From: Nemertoderma westbladi
Lineage: Eukaryota; Animalia; Xenacoelomorpha
Direction: 5' to 3'
Length of the DNA stretch: 64,000 bases
Assembly: GCA_032718475.1 (NCBI GenBank)
Contig: JAUCBJ010001957.1
Location: 1-64,000, forward strand
A program made the translations under genes and the position numbers. The notes under the pieces were generated by a model, which worked only from the letters and a program-made list of their open reading frames with translations, was not told the origin of the DNA and did not search any database. This document shows, piece after piece, positions 1 to 13,805 of the stretch. Position 1 is the stretch's first letter. The number at the start of each line of letters is the position of its first letter.

Positions 1-3000
1 AATAAAGATAATAGGCCTATCGTAAATACCGGTATATCAATTATTTTAGAATAATTGAATTTCTGTTACTTTAGGGTTACTTTGTTACTTTACTTACTTT
101 ATTACCGTTATTTGAGCAGTAATCCAACTGATATTTAGACCTAATGGTTGTATGGTAGGCCTACGATTTATAAATCGTTAGATTTGATTTATAATATATA
201 TATACCCGTTTTAAATGGGTTTTGTCAATGTTTGAAATAAATGTTATTATTTCTGGGGAGTAATCACTACACAAAGCGGTGCGCTTTCAGTGAAGTGTTA
301 CGTACAGGACACTAAAACAAATAATACTAATTTACCTAAGTTACTTAATACTACAATTACGTACAATTCGGGTTGAGATTACAATCTCTAAATAAACATA
401 AAAATTTTACAAAAACACAAATACGAATTTTTAGGGTATTTTTACAAGAAGTCTACAAACCAGCCTAACAAAGGGTTAGAAAACCGGTTATTACAGCGGA
501 CAGGGTACTACGGTATTTGAAATAATAAGTAGTAGTAAATACACTGCGTTGTCTAGATAGGAAAATACCACCGCCTGACGACCTATAGCCGTATCGCTAT
601 AGGTTCTACGTTATGTATCACGGAGTGTTCCTACCTAGAAGTTAATAGAGCTAATCGAATGTGCCTATCAACCACTTTACAACACAAATATAATGCCTAC
701 AATAATTACTTCGGAAAGTATTGTACACTAAACCCTAAATTAGGTACAAGTACTTGTATAACAAATAATCAGTAGTTAAATATACTTGAACAGCTAAAAG
801 AACCACGGCATCTGCTGGAGTGACCGATGCACAAAATCACCAGTCTTGACCTACGCCGAGCAGCCCGTGTAGTACCGGGGTTAATTTAACTATAGCGGTA
901 TGTATAACAAACACAATTACTGTAGGAACAAACTTGGGGACTTGAATGTTGCGAATAATCGCATAAACTCTGAATAATAAATATTACGCTACGCGTACAA
1001 ACTACTCAAACAAAATACAGACCGAACACTGACAGACTACTATCAAGCCTAAACAAACTACGGTATATGCAGACTCCGAAATGATTAGGGAGTATGCGCT
1101 CTAACCCAGTAGTGCGACTTATTCTTTAGTTGGGGGTTTACCTTACAGCATTGCTGCCCCTACTGCCTAATCGTACTTAATCGGACAGATGATCTACACA
1201 CGCGGCAATCCGTTCAGACTTAATAACAGCCAGACAACTATCCAGCCTACAAATTATTTAAATAAAATTATACGCTACCCGTACAGACTTACACAAACAA
1301 AGTACAGACTAAACGATGGCAGACCACTCTCAAGCCTAAATAAACTACGGTATATGCAGACTCCGAAATGATTAGGGAGTATGCGCTCTAACCCAGTAGT
1401 GCGACTTATTCTTTAATTGGGGGTTTACCTTACAGCGTGGCTGCCCCTACTTCCTAACCGTACTTAATCGGACAAGTGCTCTACACACACTGCAATTCGT
1501 TCGGACTTAACAGCAATCAGACAACAGCTTAGCCTACAAATTGTCTATACAATCTGATGAGGTTTACACGCCTTCTGTTCAATACTGGCCTACAAACAAA
1601 TAAAACTTGACAGAAATAAGTAAAAATCTCAATAAAAAACCAGGGCTGCAGTCCCTGATTAATTATTAAGGCCTACTGGTATATAATAATCAAAATCTAA
1701 TAATACTGCTGTAGGTACCGGTCCGGATGATCAGGCAGTCAGGCCTACTGGTTACCGGTCGACCGGTACTTTCGACTTTATTGCTTACTGCAATAAAGAA
1801 GCTATATCCTTTAATGTTCGCGCTTTCAGACCTTTGGCAGTTTAACCCGCCAAATTAGAATGTCTTCTAGATAATAAATCTGCTTTTTAGTCTATGACAA
1901 GTATTTGATTCACTACACTAGTCGAAACCAATCCGTGCGCGACCATTCACCCGCTGGATATTCCCGGGAGATTGGGTTCGACGGTTTAATTTTTTATTGC
2001 TATGTAAGCCTAATGTATTATTCGACTGACAGTATTATATAATCTCTGACAATATTATTCACCTTCGGTAATATTAACAGTTCCTTTAGGACGTGGCGCT
2101 TTATCTATATAAACAGAGTTATGACTTAAACTACTCACAACGATATGGCTTAATTATAATTCACATATATGGCGCATTCTTTAGGAATTGCTTCTTTAAC
2201 AGACTCACTCATACACTATGCTGCACAATACTGCACACTAATCTGCCAATCTTCACTGATTTTAGTCACATATAAAAGGAACACAGGCTGACTCATGTAG
2301 GGTCTATCAAATAACATTAGATTCACTTCAAACCACTTTAACATAAGTCACAATCGTTATTGGTAACCTTTCTCTCTTACCTTCGGTATATCAAGAATAT
2401 TGGGTTGCGGGGTTATTTATCGTTATTCCAAATATAATAATTCATCAACCATATTATGAAGAACTGACAGCAAATAGCAGTATAAAACAACAAGTCAGTA
2501 CCGGTATGTCAGTGCACATAGGCATGAGATATTCAAGTAGTCAGTTGTTTTGTATGTTAAAGGATATATGCCCTTTATAATTAAACCTACTAGTGTACGA
2601 CTAAAAAGCAGTACAGCACAAAATACTTCCAAGCCGTTCTTTCTTTGGCTCAAGACTGAATGTAAACACTGCACATAGGCATTGCGTCATTTCTCGGAAA
2701 TTTTCTGTACAAGGAGCCACAAAAACGCTCTCATTGGCTGACTGAGCTGAGAGACGCCGTAGAACAAAGGAAATCAACACGTATGAATGTCAGCTGTTAA
2801 CCGTAGTCATAGTAACTACTGTTCAAGAGTAGCTCTCACCCTTTTGCGTCACGAATTGCCATAGAATCATAAAATATGCCTTTCACAGTACACATACGGA
2901 GGAAATAGGTCTTAGATCCTCTAAAAACACAGATACAGCAATAATACGGTCTCTTACACTTATTAAATCAACTACAGAGTATTTTAATGTAAAAGATAAT

Positions 3001-3045
3001 AAAAATAACGGGGCAATTCAGCAAAGGCTTTTACACTACATGACA
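1..3045 (-). mobile_element. Diverged inverted copy of the BEL/Pao element's 5' non-coding (leader/LTR-like) region; runs off the left edge of the window
   Basis: The reverse complement is colinear with ~39153-42260 along its whole length (e.g. 541-640 vs 41575-41700; 1921-1985 vs 40195-40256; 2690-2830 vs 39350-39500), with many substitutions and indels. Similarity ends near TGTAAAAGC (3035 / 39166). Confidence 0.85.
985..1560. repeat. Two tandem copies of a ~288-bp unit inside the leader copy
   Basis: atgattagggagtatgcgctctaacccagtagtgcgacttattc occurs at 1081 and 1368. Confidence 0.85.
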
Positions 3046-3849
3046 TTAATATACCTACCTACCTACCTGTAATTACTAAAAATACTCGAAAGCGCTAGGT
3101 TCTCCCATAGGCTACCAGGGTGGATGGGTTGTTTGTTGTTGACCCATTGTTTAATTGCTTGTAGTTTGGGAGCCAGCTTGCAGCTAAATGGCTTGGCGCT
3201 GAGGATTGCGCTGAGGATTGGCGCTGAGTTTGGGCTCATTTTATGACATCTGATGTGCAAACTGAGTTTAAATTCGACAACTTTTTTTGGACCACCCCAA
3301 CCCTCTCATTTACCTGAGGTCAAAATTGACCTCAAAGGAATCATCTGTTTGAGAAACGAAGGGTTAAGACCTCCGAAAAAGTTTAAATGACACAGCTAAT
3401 GGTCGAGTACAATTCTGCCAAGTTTCAGGTTAAACGGATTAAGAGCAAAGAAATGGGAGGACATTTAATGTTTAGACACGTAGCCATCTAGCGGGAGACT
3501 GTTGAACTGTTGTGATGAAAAAGTCGCTAAATAATGTCAAGTTTTGGACATATTTATGCCTACAAATTTTCAATTCGACAGCTTTAAATCTGACAATGTT
3601 ATTTAATGTCAAAATAGTTACGTCAACAACTATTTGCCATTATTGACATTCTCCTTAACAGTGTCAATTTGCCAAGGCTCCGCCAACTTCGTGGCTCGCC
3701 CCACACACCTTTCAACAATATTGATTTTACTTTATGTACTAAATTAACTCTCACTTTTTTGTATGCTCCCCAAATCCCAGTTATGGGATTGCCCCCCCAG
3801 ATTTGGCCTCTGCCCCCCCAGATATTATGATCACCATACGGGCCTGCTG

Positions 3850-4420
3850 CTGTAACCTGTTCCTTTCCCTCAATTTGGTAACAATATCGTTTATTGTTAT
3901 GGTTAGATAAGCCTGCCTCTCTCTATAACCTGTTTATTTCCCTCAATTGGTAACAATATCGTTTATTGTTTTGGTTAGAAAAGCCTGCCTCTGTAACCTG
4001 TTCCTTTCTCTCAATCTGTCAATTGGCTGATTGGTAACAATATCGTTTATTGTGTATAACCTATTCTGCGGTCAGGCAGTATTCATCTACCTGTCTACCG
4101 TATTCTTCAGCATTACATACTGACATATATCGATAGCTGACAGACACTGTGAGACTGTTACCGATACTGCTCTGCTACTGTACTACGATATGGCGAAACT
4201 GGATTGTGACGCCCCTGATGCCAGGACTAACGTGTTTCAGAGCCTCATCCACCTGAACTGTACCGCCGGTACTGTAGGTACAGTAATTGTACATGTACAG
4301 TGTAGTACTGGTGCAGTGTTCTGTAACCTGCTCCTTTCCCTCAATTGGTAAAGTGGTCGTTTATTGTTTTGGTTAGAAAAGCCTGCCTCTGTATCCTGCT
4401 CCTTTCCCTCATCAATTGGT
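3850..4420. repeat. Clustered copies of a ~62-bp dispersed minisatellite (tgtaacctgttcctttccctcaattggtaacaatatcgtttattgttttggttagaaaagcctgcctc)
   Basis: About 3 copies at 3850-4060 and about 1.5 at 4320-4420. The same unit recurs at 7630-7957 (inverted), 13670-13750 and 14720-14910. Confidence 0.8.
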
Positions 4421-6242
4421 TTAATGACATGTGTTACTTATATTAGGAATTAGGCCTACAGTATTACTGTACTGTATTATGTGGAGGCCCCCAAACACGT
4501 TAATCCCCTGATGCCTGTAAAAAAAATAAAATAGGCCTAGTTATGAAAAAAAAATTTAATTTTTTTCCCGAATTCTAAATTTTCCCGATTTTTGTCCCGA
4601 ATTCCCAAAATTCCCGAAAATATCAGAGTGTTTTCCCACAGACTGACAGAGACCGACTAGTAACTGAATTTATAAAAAAAGTCTGATTCTTTTCCTAGAG
4701 AGACCTGTTTTCGAGCAAAAAAAATTATATCCACGAGTACGGATTTGTGACATTACCGACTGCAGACTGTACAAGCCTAGCTGCTAAGGTCTACTGTACT
4801 TCTGTTTTGCCTATCACAGCCCAGTAAACAACAAGCGTGTTAGGCGCGTTCGCCAGACGTTCTGGTACATTTCTTGAGGTGCGGGAGAGATTCGCCAATG
4901 ATTCTTGTCTGGGAATAGTTTTCAGGTAAGCGCCAGGAGTGCGTGGCGCATACTAATAATTTCATTAACAGGAATGATTTATCCTTCGAATTCCAAGCAT
5001 GCGTGGTGAATGGGCTGAGAATGCTTGTCTGCGAATAATATTGGTCAGGATCATTTTCGCGGAATTCGTATGTAGAAAGACTGTACTGTATGAGTGGAAC
5101 TGTTGGGTTAACAGCCTGGCCACTCATCACTCACGCTGTTATACACAGGACTAAACTTATATATATTTAAATTTGGGCGCAATTTTTCATGGAGTAATGT
5201 ACTCCATGTCATGAGATGGCAATACTGTTTCACGTTATTTCTGTAGTTTTGATAATTTATTAATTACTGTAGCCTTATTATTTGTGGTACTGTACAACTG
5301 ATGCTGCTGTTTAAATTAATAATTTTAATTTATGAATGTAGGAGGTACAATACTGTATACATTATACAGTATAGTGCTTGTGTCGAGGTGTTTTTGTTTC
5401 AAATATTATTTTCTACAGTACATCATTTCAAGTACATACTGTAATTTATTGTCATACTGGAAAGTGAAAGTGCAATAAAGGTATCGCCAAGTATCATGGG
5501 GAGATGTGGGTTTAATCGCCAAGTACAGTATATGAGAACCGACTACAATGCGTGTGAACTTGAAAAGCTGGAAAAAAACGGAAAAAATTGGTGATCACCA
5601 TGGCCATCATGCAAGTAAGTTAATTACTTATCCGTATAAATAGTAAGAATTGCACTGTAGGCCCTATACAAAACTATACGTGTGTAAAGTTCTCCTGTAG
5701 AGAGGTGGCTTGTTGCGCGACTGATCCTAGCGCAAGACTACAGGACACCGCACCGCAAGTAGGCGGGAGGGGGGGGGGGGGGGGGGGGGGTTCCATTACC
5801 GGTAAACTTATTGTTTCAATATGATTGTCAGTATAATCTATTATTTAATTATTAGATTCATTCTTGTCCAATGTGGCATCTGCCGAAAATATTGTGAGTT
5901 CATTTGTAACTTCATGTTTCCTTTTGGAGTTCGAAATGCACAAAAAGGCAAATTGATTTTACGAATATAGTTATTGAGCGGATTGAGTAAAAATCTTATA
6001 CTAAATGTAATTTAAGTATATTAAACACGCGGTATTTACGCTCTGAATTGTCTGATGTAGACAGACTACAGACGGCATTATATTAATATGAAATCATATA
6101 AGACTGTTAATTCACGATGTATTGTATTTCATTTATTTTAATTCCATTTATTATTATCATTTTTATCGTCATCATTAATACAAGCATCACCACCGCCATT
6201 ATTAATATTCATTGGGAAGCATTGACCCCTATTACTGTAAGG

Positions 6243-6945
6243 TGTCCCCCATTAATGTTTGTGCCCCTCATAAATGTTTGTGTCCCTCATTAATGTTTGT
6301 GTCCCTCATTAATGTTTGTGTCCCTCATTAATGTTTGTGTCCCTCATTAATGTTTGTGTCCCTCATTAATGTTTGTGTCCCTCATTAATGTTTGTGTCCC
6401 TCATTAATGTTTGTGTCCCTCATTAATGTTTGTGTCCCTCATTAATGTTTGTGTCCCTCATTAATATTTGTGTCCCTCATTATGTTTGTGTCCCTCATTA
6501 ATGTTTGTGTCCCTCATTAATGCTTGTGTCCCTCATTAATGTTTGTGTCCCTCATTAATGTTTGTGTCCCTCATTAATGTTTGTGTCCCTCATTAATGTT
6601 TGTGTCCCTCATTAATGTTTGTGTCCCTCATTAATGTTTGTGTCCCTCATTAATGTTTGTGTCCCTCATTAATGATTGTGTCCCTCATTAATGTTTGTGT
6701 CCCTCATTAATATTTGTGTCCCTCATTAATGTTAGTGTCCCTCATTAATGTTTGTGTCCCTCATTAATGTTAGTGTCCCTCATTAATGTTTGTGTCCCTC
6801 ATTAATGTTTGTGTCCCTCATTAATGTTTGTGTCCCCCATTAATGTTTGTGTCCCTCATTAATGTTTGTGTCCCTCATTAATGTTTGTGTCCCTCATTAA
6901 TGAGCCCCTCATTAATGTTTGTGTCCCACGTTAATGTTTGTGTCC
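6243..6945. repeat. 19-bp minisatellite (CCCTCATTAATGTTTGTGT)n, ~36 copies
   Basis: Directly visible, highly homogeneous tandem array. Confidence 0.97.
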
Positions 6946-7269
6946 TGGCCGCTATGGGCTTCCGTATATAACTGATTCTTATCACACCTTTACTTAAACT
7001 TGAATTAGTTACAGCGAGTGAACTTGACATGCTATAGAAAATCCGAAAGCAGATTCGGAATCAGCATCGTCCAATTGTATAGAAGTGTATTTTCATATGA
7101 ACAAATTGATATTTGAAAAATAATGCATAAACCCACACAGTGGACTGCCGCGCTTAAAATTTGTAAACTTCAATGTGCTTGAGCACACCCTAAAAATTGA
7201 GATTGATGCTCAAATTTTTTTGGTGTGTTTTCTCATGGAATGGACCCAATTGACACCCTTAGCGATCAA

Positions 7270-7410
7270 AAAATCACATTTTCGATTTTTAAGAGCCACC
7301 CTAATATTGAGAATAAATGACCCAGAAATGTACTTCAGGTACATGAGGATGTCACCCAATCGGTTCGACCACCTACTGTAGTTACTAGGCGAAAATCTGA
7401 AAAAATGTCT
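7270..7410 (+). pseudogene. PIF/Harbinger transposase N-terminal fragment
   Basis: Translation LILRINDPEMYFRYMRMSPNRFDHLL*LLGENLKK resembles the L(R)xxDxxxFxxYxRMSxxxFxxLL motif of Harbinger/HARBI1-type transposases; it has an in-frame stop and is truncated. Confidence 0.7.
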
Positions 7411-7629
7411 TCTTTCAGAGAAACCAGACAAATGTGTGTACCGGTGTAACACGAAAATATGCCCCCCCGGGAAATGTGCCCGGGGGGGGGGGGGCATGTT
7501 TTCCTAGGAAAAAATGCCCCCCCGGGCAAATTTCCCTAGGAAAAAATGCCCCCCCTTAGGAAATTATGCCCCCCCTGAATTATACAATAAACAAAACTTA
7601 TTACTACTAAAACTTACAAAAATTATACA

Positions 7630-7957
7630 AAACAATAAACAGTCATTTTACCAAATGAAGGAAAGGAGCAGGTTACAGAGGCAGGCCTTTCTAACCAAAA
7701 CAATAAACGATCATTTAACTAATTGAGGGAAAGGAGCAGGTTACTGGTTACAGAGGCGGGATTTTCTAACCAAAACAATAAACAGTCACTTTAGCAAATC
7801 AGGGAAAGGAGCAGGTTACAGAGACGGGATTTTCTAACCAAAACAATAAACGATACCATTACCAATTGAGAGAAAGGAGCAGGTTACAGAGGCGGGATTT
7901 TCTAACCAAAACAATAAACAATCACTTTACCAAATCAGGGAAAGGAGCAGGTTACAG
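7630..7957. repeat. ~5 tandem copies of the ~62-bp minisatellite (inverted orientation)
   Basis: Repeated gggaaaggagcaggttacagaggcgggattttctaaccaaaacaataaac. Confidence 0.85.
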
Positions 7958-9183
7958 ACTTAAAAAAGCTTGGCTGCTTGGAGCTGCTCGGCGCCCACAC
8001 AACACCACACACTCGCACTGCTGTTATACCAGTACTTACTACAGTAGCCTACTGACTTAGATACTTCAGTATGCTGTTCTACATCCCTTACTGCCTTACC
8101 TGCTTACCTTAGGCTATATATGTAATTTAAAGCTTATTATGGGTAGTCAGACAATGTTTGTATCTTATTAGTTGAAATATAATTTAGTAAACTATATTTT
8201 GTAATTTATTATGTTTGTACTAATATTTAGACATTTCAAATGGTTCGAAATGAAATAAATACTTAATAAAAATATATTTAATTACTATAATTAACCATTA
8301 ATACTACAAGGCGCGGCATTTTTATATGTAGTGCCATGGCATGGGACATGGGATGGCAAGTGGTGGATCTGGCGACATGGTAGTGTAAGGAGTTTGGAGT
8401 TATGTTATACAGTATGATTGATTGATAACTTTATATTATTATTACCGTTCCGGTAGGTACTTTATATTCTCACTTTATCTTATCTATCAGGAACTTTATG
8501 TTATTACGATATTATACTATTTATATTTATCATTATTATATATTACGATTGCCTATCCAATATTCCCCACCACAAAGTGAAAAACACAACAATGGCCTTG
8601 AAACTATTTCTTAATTAATTAAATAATTAAGTAACAATCCTGAAAATTAATCTTAAATCAGAAAATTAAACGGGTGAATCCCCTGCAGAGAATTGTCTCA
8701 GTTTTAAAAAGTCGCATTATCAGATAAGTTAAGGGAACCGCCAACCTCATTCAAGCATCCGACAACAAATTTATACATTTCAAACTAAAGTTTCCAAACT
8801 TAAAAACAAAGGATGGCCCCCCGAACAAGGACGCCTTGATCTATACCATACATGAATCGATATGATAAAATCTAAAATCAAAAGACAGTTATTTACCTAA
8901 ATAGATGACACTCAATATTAATATGCCTTGTGTAGTTCCCAAAAAGTTGAATTTATTTCAACCCTTGTGTAGTTGCAAAATTATACATACATATTGCCTT
9001 GTGTAGTTACTATCACATTACCTCGTGTAGAAAAACGACTACAAAAGTGTAGCTACACAAGGCTTTTGTGTAGTAGCTACATTGTGTGTAGTTAGCTACA
9101 TGTGTGTGTGTGTAACAACTACCGGTACACCCAATTCTGAACCAGGCTTAAGCAGGCCCTTCCTATACATACAGTAAAAACAT

Positions 9184-10207
9184 GGGTATAACTTTTCGCT
9201 GTATCCGTATCCGTATGCATTTGCCGTATCCGTATGTACATACGCGTATGTAATGGATTCCTATGGAGAATAATCCGTATGTAATTTTAAAGATTAGGCA
9301 TTGCGGACCAGTAAGAAGTTCACAATACACATGCAGACTGAAGACAGGTAGGCCTCCTTAAAGCTAAGTGATTTAAAGAGTGTGGCTGCCGCTACCTTTT
9401 ATGTCAAATAAACATTGTACTAGTAGGTCCAGGATGAGTGACAGATGATGTCCTTCAGTCCCGGGATGCGCCACAGCGCTTGTTTTATTGTACTAACTGA
9501 CACCTGGCCGCCCGGTTGGACTTAGATTAATTACTGGCCCCCCGTTGCACTCGCTGACACGTGGTTTGACTAACTGGCACTAGGTTGGTCTTGTTGGCAC
9601 TTGGGGTTAACTAAATACTGGCCCCGAAACGGCGAAAGTAAAGGTATATTTATTATTATATGTTAATAAATTCACAAAGAAGGACAGACTGACACGACGG
9701 TTTTCAATATCTGTGCGAATGTTTATTCCCTTAGCATTCTCATTGCTGCTTCTATCAGTCTATACTATGTATGTTAGTGCCATATACTGTAGCAACCAAC
9801 AACATTCTATAGCCAGGTTGGTGGAAAAACAGTTCAAAAATAAATCATGGTTGGTTAGTTTTCCAAGCGGCGTCAAGAAGAGTTAACTGGTTAATAGGTA
9901 CTGCACTGCTGGCGCATCCCGGGGCTGGCGGACACCGGCTGTCACTCATCCTGGACCTGTCCTGCATTGTTTATTTGACATAAGGTAGCGGCAGCCACAC
10001 TCTTTACTTTAAATCACTTAGCTTTAAGTAGGCCTACCTGTCTTCAGTCTGCATGTGTGTTGTGCACTTCTTACTGGTCCGCAATAATGCCTAATCTCTA
10101 AAATCACATACGGATTATTCTCCATAGGAATCCATTACATACGGCACATACGCGTATGTACATACGGATACGGCAAATGCATACGGATACGGCGAAAAGT
10201 TATACCC
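9184..10207. mobile_element. Mutator (MULE)-like MITE with ~290-bp TIRs and 9-bp TSD
   Basis: GGGTATAACTTTTCGC...GCGAAAAGTTATACCC. The TIR similarity extends ~9184-9475 vs ~9910-10207. A perfect direct repeat TAAAAACAT lies at 9175-9183 and 10208-10216. Confidence 0.9.
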
Positions 10208-10276
10208 TAAAAACATGTAACCAGCTGACCAGCCTGCTCATCAACTCACACAAATACAATTGAATCATTAGGACTA

Positions 10277-11333
10277 TATGAAGCGCCGTTTACGCCAAAA
10301 CTATCTGAATAAATATTATACTCAAGATGTGTCAATAAAAAATATTATACTTAAGATGTATCTAAATTCTCGGCCGAGATTTTCGGCCGAGTTTTTCTCG
10401 GCCGAGATCTCGGCCGAGTTTTCTCTGCCGAGTTTTTCTCGGCCGAGATCTCGGCCGAGTTTTTCTCGGCCGAGAAAGTATTAAAATATGAAACGGCGGG
10501 AAATTTAAAATGGCATTGTATTTGCAATAATTACAGTATTACAGCAGTACAGTACATAAGCCTGCATCCTATTGCTACCGTTTCACTTCACTATCCTACA
10601 CGTGTGCAGCTATGCCTATGGCTGAGGCCAATGCAGCAATGTAGAACTGGTTGGAGGTATCAGCGGTGGGAGGCCTCGTTACGAAATTACGGAGAGGCAG
10701 TTGCACTATTTACGGAATATTGGATTCTCTCGAAGAGATACGGCACGCATTTTGGATGTTAGCGAACGAACTATTTCAAGGCGTTGTAAACAATATGGAC
10801 TGAATAATAATAAATACTCTGATATAGATAATGTATGTAATGTAATGTATATAATGTAATGTGATAAAGCGACATATATTGAGCAATACGCCTAATATCG
10901 GCGAGGTATATTTGAAAGGTGGTTTACGGGCAGTTGGTATACGACAGAGACTACGTGATTAACTAATATATTTATAATTTCATTGTTTATATGCTTTACC
11001 ATTCATGATATTGTATAAACTATTAAGTAATTTAAACAGGACTCCCGATTCAATCGATTCCCGATTCAAAGTATTTAACTGAAACAAACGGTGATAGAGA
11101 ATACGTGATATAGAACGGCAATATCGTTTAATTCCATAAAGTTTAATTAATAAATCAGTTACAAAGTTTAAACAAACTGTTACAACTTTTAAGATTATAA
11201 ATTTTCGGCCGAGAAAACACGGCCGAGAAAACTCGGCCGAGAATTTAGATACATCTTAAGTATAATATTTTTTATTGACACATCTTGAGTATAATATTTA
11301 TTCAGATAGTTTTGGCGTAAACGGCGCTTCATA
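10277..11333 (+). mobile_element. IS3EU-like non-autonomous DNA transposon with transposase remnant
   Basis: ~105-bp near-perfect TIRs TATGAAGCGCCGTTTACG...CGTAAACGGCGCTTCATA, ctcggccgag subterminal repeats, and flanks ggacta/ggccta (6 bp, 1 mismatch). The internal frame ~10665-10830 reads GGRPRYEITERQLHYLRNIGFSRRDTARILDVSERTISRRCKQYGL, followed by ILSNTPNIGEVYLKGGLRAVGIR, typical of the HTH region of this family. Confidence 0.8.
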
Positions 11334-11620
11334 GGCCTAATATTAGTCAAAATATTAAATAAATTCATATTGGACGATTAGGCTATGGGAGTGGTGCGAA
11401 TCGGTCAGCTGACAAAGTCGATTCGCCCCAAGCAGTCTGGGAAATTAGCCCAATAGGGAAACTTAATTATTTCCCTACCGGTAGTTCCCTGTAGGGAAAT
11501 CACAGTATTCCCTATAGGGAAATTATACAATATCTTGGTTTTGATTTATTTTACTTGATTTTTATTTATTTTAGACTTTAAATTTCCTGTTTTACTGTTA
11601 ATAATAATGAATAATATAAA

Positions 11621-13168
11621 GTGCGTTACGTTGTGCCGGCAGTGTCGGCGTTACGTTGTGCCGGCAGTGTCGGCGTTACGTTGTGCCGGCAGTGTCGGCG
11701 TTACGTTGTGCCGACAGTGTCGGCGTTACATTGTGCCGACAGTGTCGGCGTTATGTTGTGCCGACAGTGTCGGCGTTACGTTGTGCCGACAGTGTCGGCG
11801 TTACGTTGTGCCGACAGTGTGGCGGGCTAAAACCTAAATAGGAGACTGTAGGATAAGACTAAGGTAGATGATTTTGATCACCGCAGACTGAACGACCCAA
11901 CAGGTAGTTGTGCGGTACACCGCGCGGTTTACCGCAGCCCATTGAAACAATTTCAACAAAATTAATGTAATTTCCTGTTGAATTCGCAGTCGACAGATAG
12001 ACAATCAGGGCTTAATGTGAATTTCAGTAGTATACCGAAATCGTTCGAGACAGAGTGTCGTCATTTAATAGGCCTCACGCCATGCAATAGATCCATGTAC
12101 TATAGAACTAGAAATAGGGCGGATTCAGACAGTGTCGCCATTTCATAATGAATCTATATTGAAGCTACACAAACGAGCAGGTTAGTTGAGAAGTACACAC
12201 ACAGTCAGATTTATTACATACTCGTCCTTTAACAAAGCGCGTTTGCTGTGTCAATGCCTCAGGTGGGTGGTCTCCAGTACTAATGCAAGGCCCAACTCAT
12301 CTCGGGCAAACTGTCAATAATAAAAATGAAAGCGAGCCGACATTAGTCAGAGCAACCAAATCTATGGCCATGGAGACAGACAGTCTGGATTTAGCTGAGT
12401 CGAGTTAAAACGCATCGCCAAAATTGACCAAATAGCCCATACGAATACACTACATTTATTTGGTTATTTTTGCCGCCAAAATGGCGAAGTTAACGCTTAT
12501 TGTTGGCGTTGGGACTGTATAAAAGGCCCCCTATCAGGCCTTTGGCGCGGGGGGAGGGGTTTCATTTATATATTTTTTTTTAAAGTAAAGTTAGTTTTCT
12601 TCGGCCGTTAGACTAGGGATTATGCACAAAGTCTGACGACTTATTTCCAGTGCGGTCCCCCCAGAACTATACTCCCCAGTGGAAATTGGTACTCATTTAG
12701 CTACCACTTAAGGATGCAAGGCAGAGAGATGCGCCCTGGCTGGTCCCTTCAAATCATTCGTGCCGAAACGAAAACTGCCCTGACCAATGCGGGGATCGAA
12801 CCCACGACCTACGGAGAGATGTGAATTCAATGCAACCACTACACTAAGGTGGGACACTAAGATTAAATTCACTAGGATTCTAAATACGCTAAGATTAAAT
12901 TAATCTGTATCTTGGAAACAGTTACGCCTACCTATGTTCTAAAAACCGAGATTTCTTTTTCCTGCTTAAATTTTCAATTTTTTTTTTGAAAATGTTGACA
13001 TTGTCGGCACAACGAAACGCCGACACTGTCGGCACAACGTAACGCCGGCACTGTCGGCACAACGTAACGCCGACACTGTCAGCACAACGCAACGAAGACA
13101 CTCAGCACATTATCTGCACACTGTCGGCACAACGTTATGCTGAAACTGTCGGCACAGCGTTTACACCC
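11621..13168. mobile_element. MULE-like foldback element whose arms are inverted arrays of a 25-bp unit; left terminus missing
   Basis: (gcgttacgttgtgccgacagtgtcg)x8 at 11623-11822 and inverted copies at 13000-13160. The right end AGCGTTTACACCC equals the terminus of the 13615-13805 MITE. Confidence 0.75.
12570..12855 (-). mobile_element. tRNA-derived SINE with Deu/Nin-like central domain
   Basis: Minus strand: A box TAGTGTAGTGG, B box GGTTCGATCCC, then GCCTTGCATCCTTAAGTGGTAGCTAAATGAGTACC (resembling the Deu/Nin core, from memory), and a ctttactttaaaaaaa tail. Confidence 0.75.
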
Positions 13169-13268
13169 GAAATGCTTTGGTATTGTACCAACGGACTTTA
13201 ATAGTTATTGAGTGATACTGCAAGATACTTCCGTGGGTTCCGTGGGAACATGACCCCACATTAGAGAC

Positions 13269-13542
13269 AGCTAACCCATCTCACAAGGTCAGCTAACCTT
13301 GTCTAAGCTAACCCATCTCACAAGGTCAGCTAACCTTGTCTAAACTAACCCATCTCACAAGGTCAGCTAACCTTGTCTAAGCTAACCCATCTCACAAGGT
13401 CAGCTAACCTTGTCTAAGCTAACCCATCTCACAAGGTCAGCTAACATTGTCTAAGCTAACCCATCTCACAAGGTCAGCTAACCTTGTCTAAGCTAACCCA
13501 TCTCACAAGGTCAGCTAACCTTGTCTAAGCTAACCCATCTCA
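13269..13542. repeat. 37-bp minisatellite (agctaacccatctcacaaggtcagctaaccttgtcta), ~7.5 copies
   Basis: Directly visible tandem array. Confidence 0.95.
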
Positions 13543-13614
13543 AGTGTTGTCCGTCACCTATTTAGCTATTTTTAGCTTCATCGCGAACTGGGTGCGGGAA
13601 TGTAACCTTTCCAC

Positions 13615-13805
13615 GGGTGTAAACGCTACGGCGACAGCCGACAGCCACTGCCGACAATGACAAATATGGAGCTGTAACCTGTATTCATCACTCTCGTTTA
13701 TTGTTTTGGTTCGAATAACCTTCCACTGTAACCTGTTCCTTTCCCTCAATGTGTAATTAGCATTAATTCGCGTTTTAAATGGTTGTCGGCGTAGCGTTTA
13801 CACCT
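13615..13805. mobile_element. 191-bp MULE-like MITE with 9-bp TSD
   Basis: TIRs GGGTGTAAACGCTACGGCGACA / TGTCGGCGTAGCGTTTACACCT; perfect TSD CCTTTCCAC at 13606-13614 and 13806-13814. Confidence 0.9.

Noticed and set aside
3300-3367. piggyBac-like mini element (ccct...aagggttaa)
   Set aside because: The left TTAA is absent and the TIR match is too short to call.
4820-5130. EnSpm-like left end CCCAGTAAACA and a 96-aa minus-strand ORF
   Set aside because: No matching right TIR was found and the ORF has no recognisable motif.
11607-11841. Cys-rich ORFs (CRQCRR repeats)
   Set aside because: Translations of a 25-bp tandem repeat, open in all three frames.
12780-12855. tRNA gene
   Set aside because: A and B boxes are present, but there is no convincing cloverleaf and it continues into a SINE body and tail.
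13269-13542. CRISPR-like 37-bp repeats
   Set aside because: Head-to-tail units with no unique spacers, no cas genes, and a eukaryotic context.
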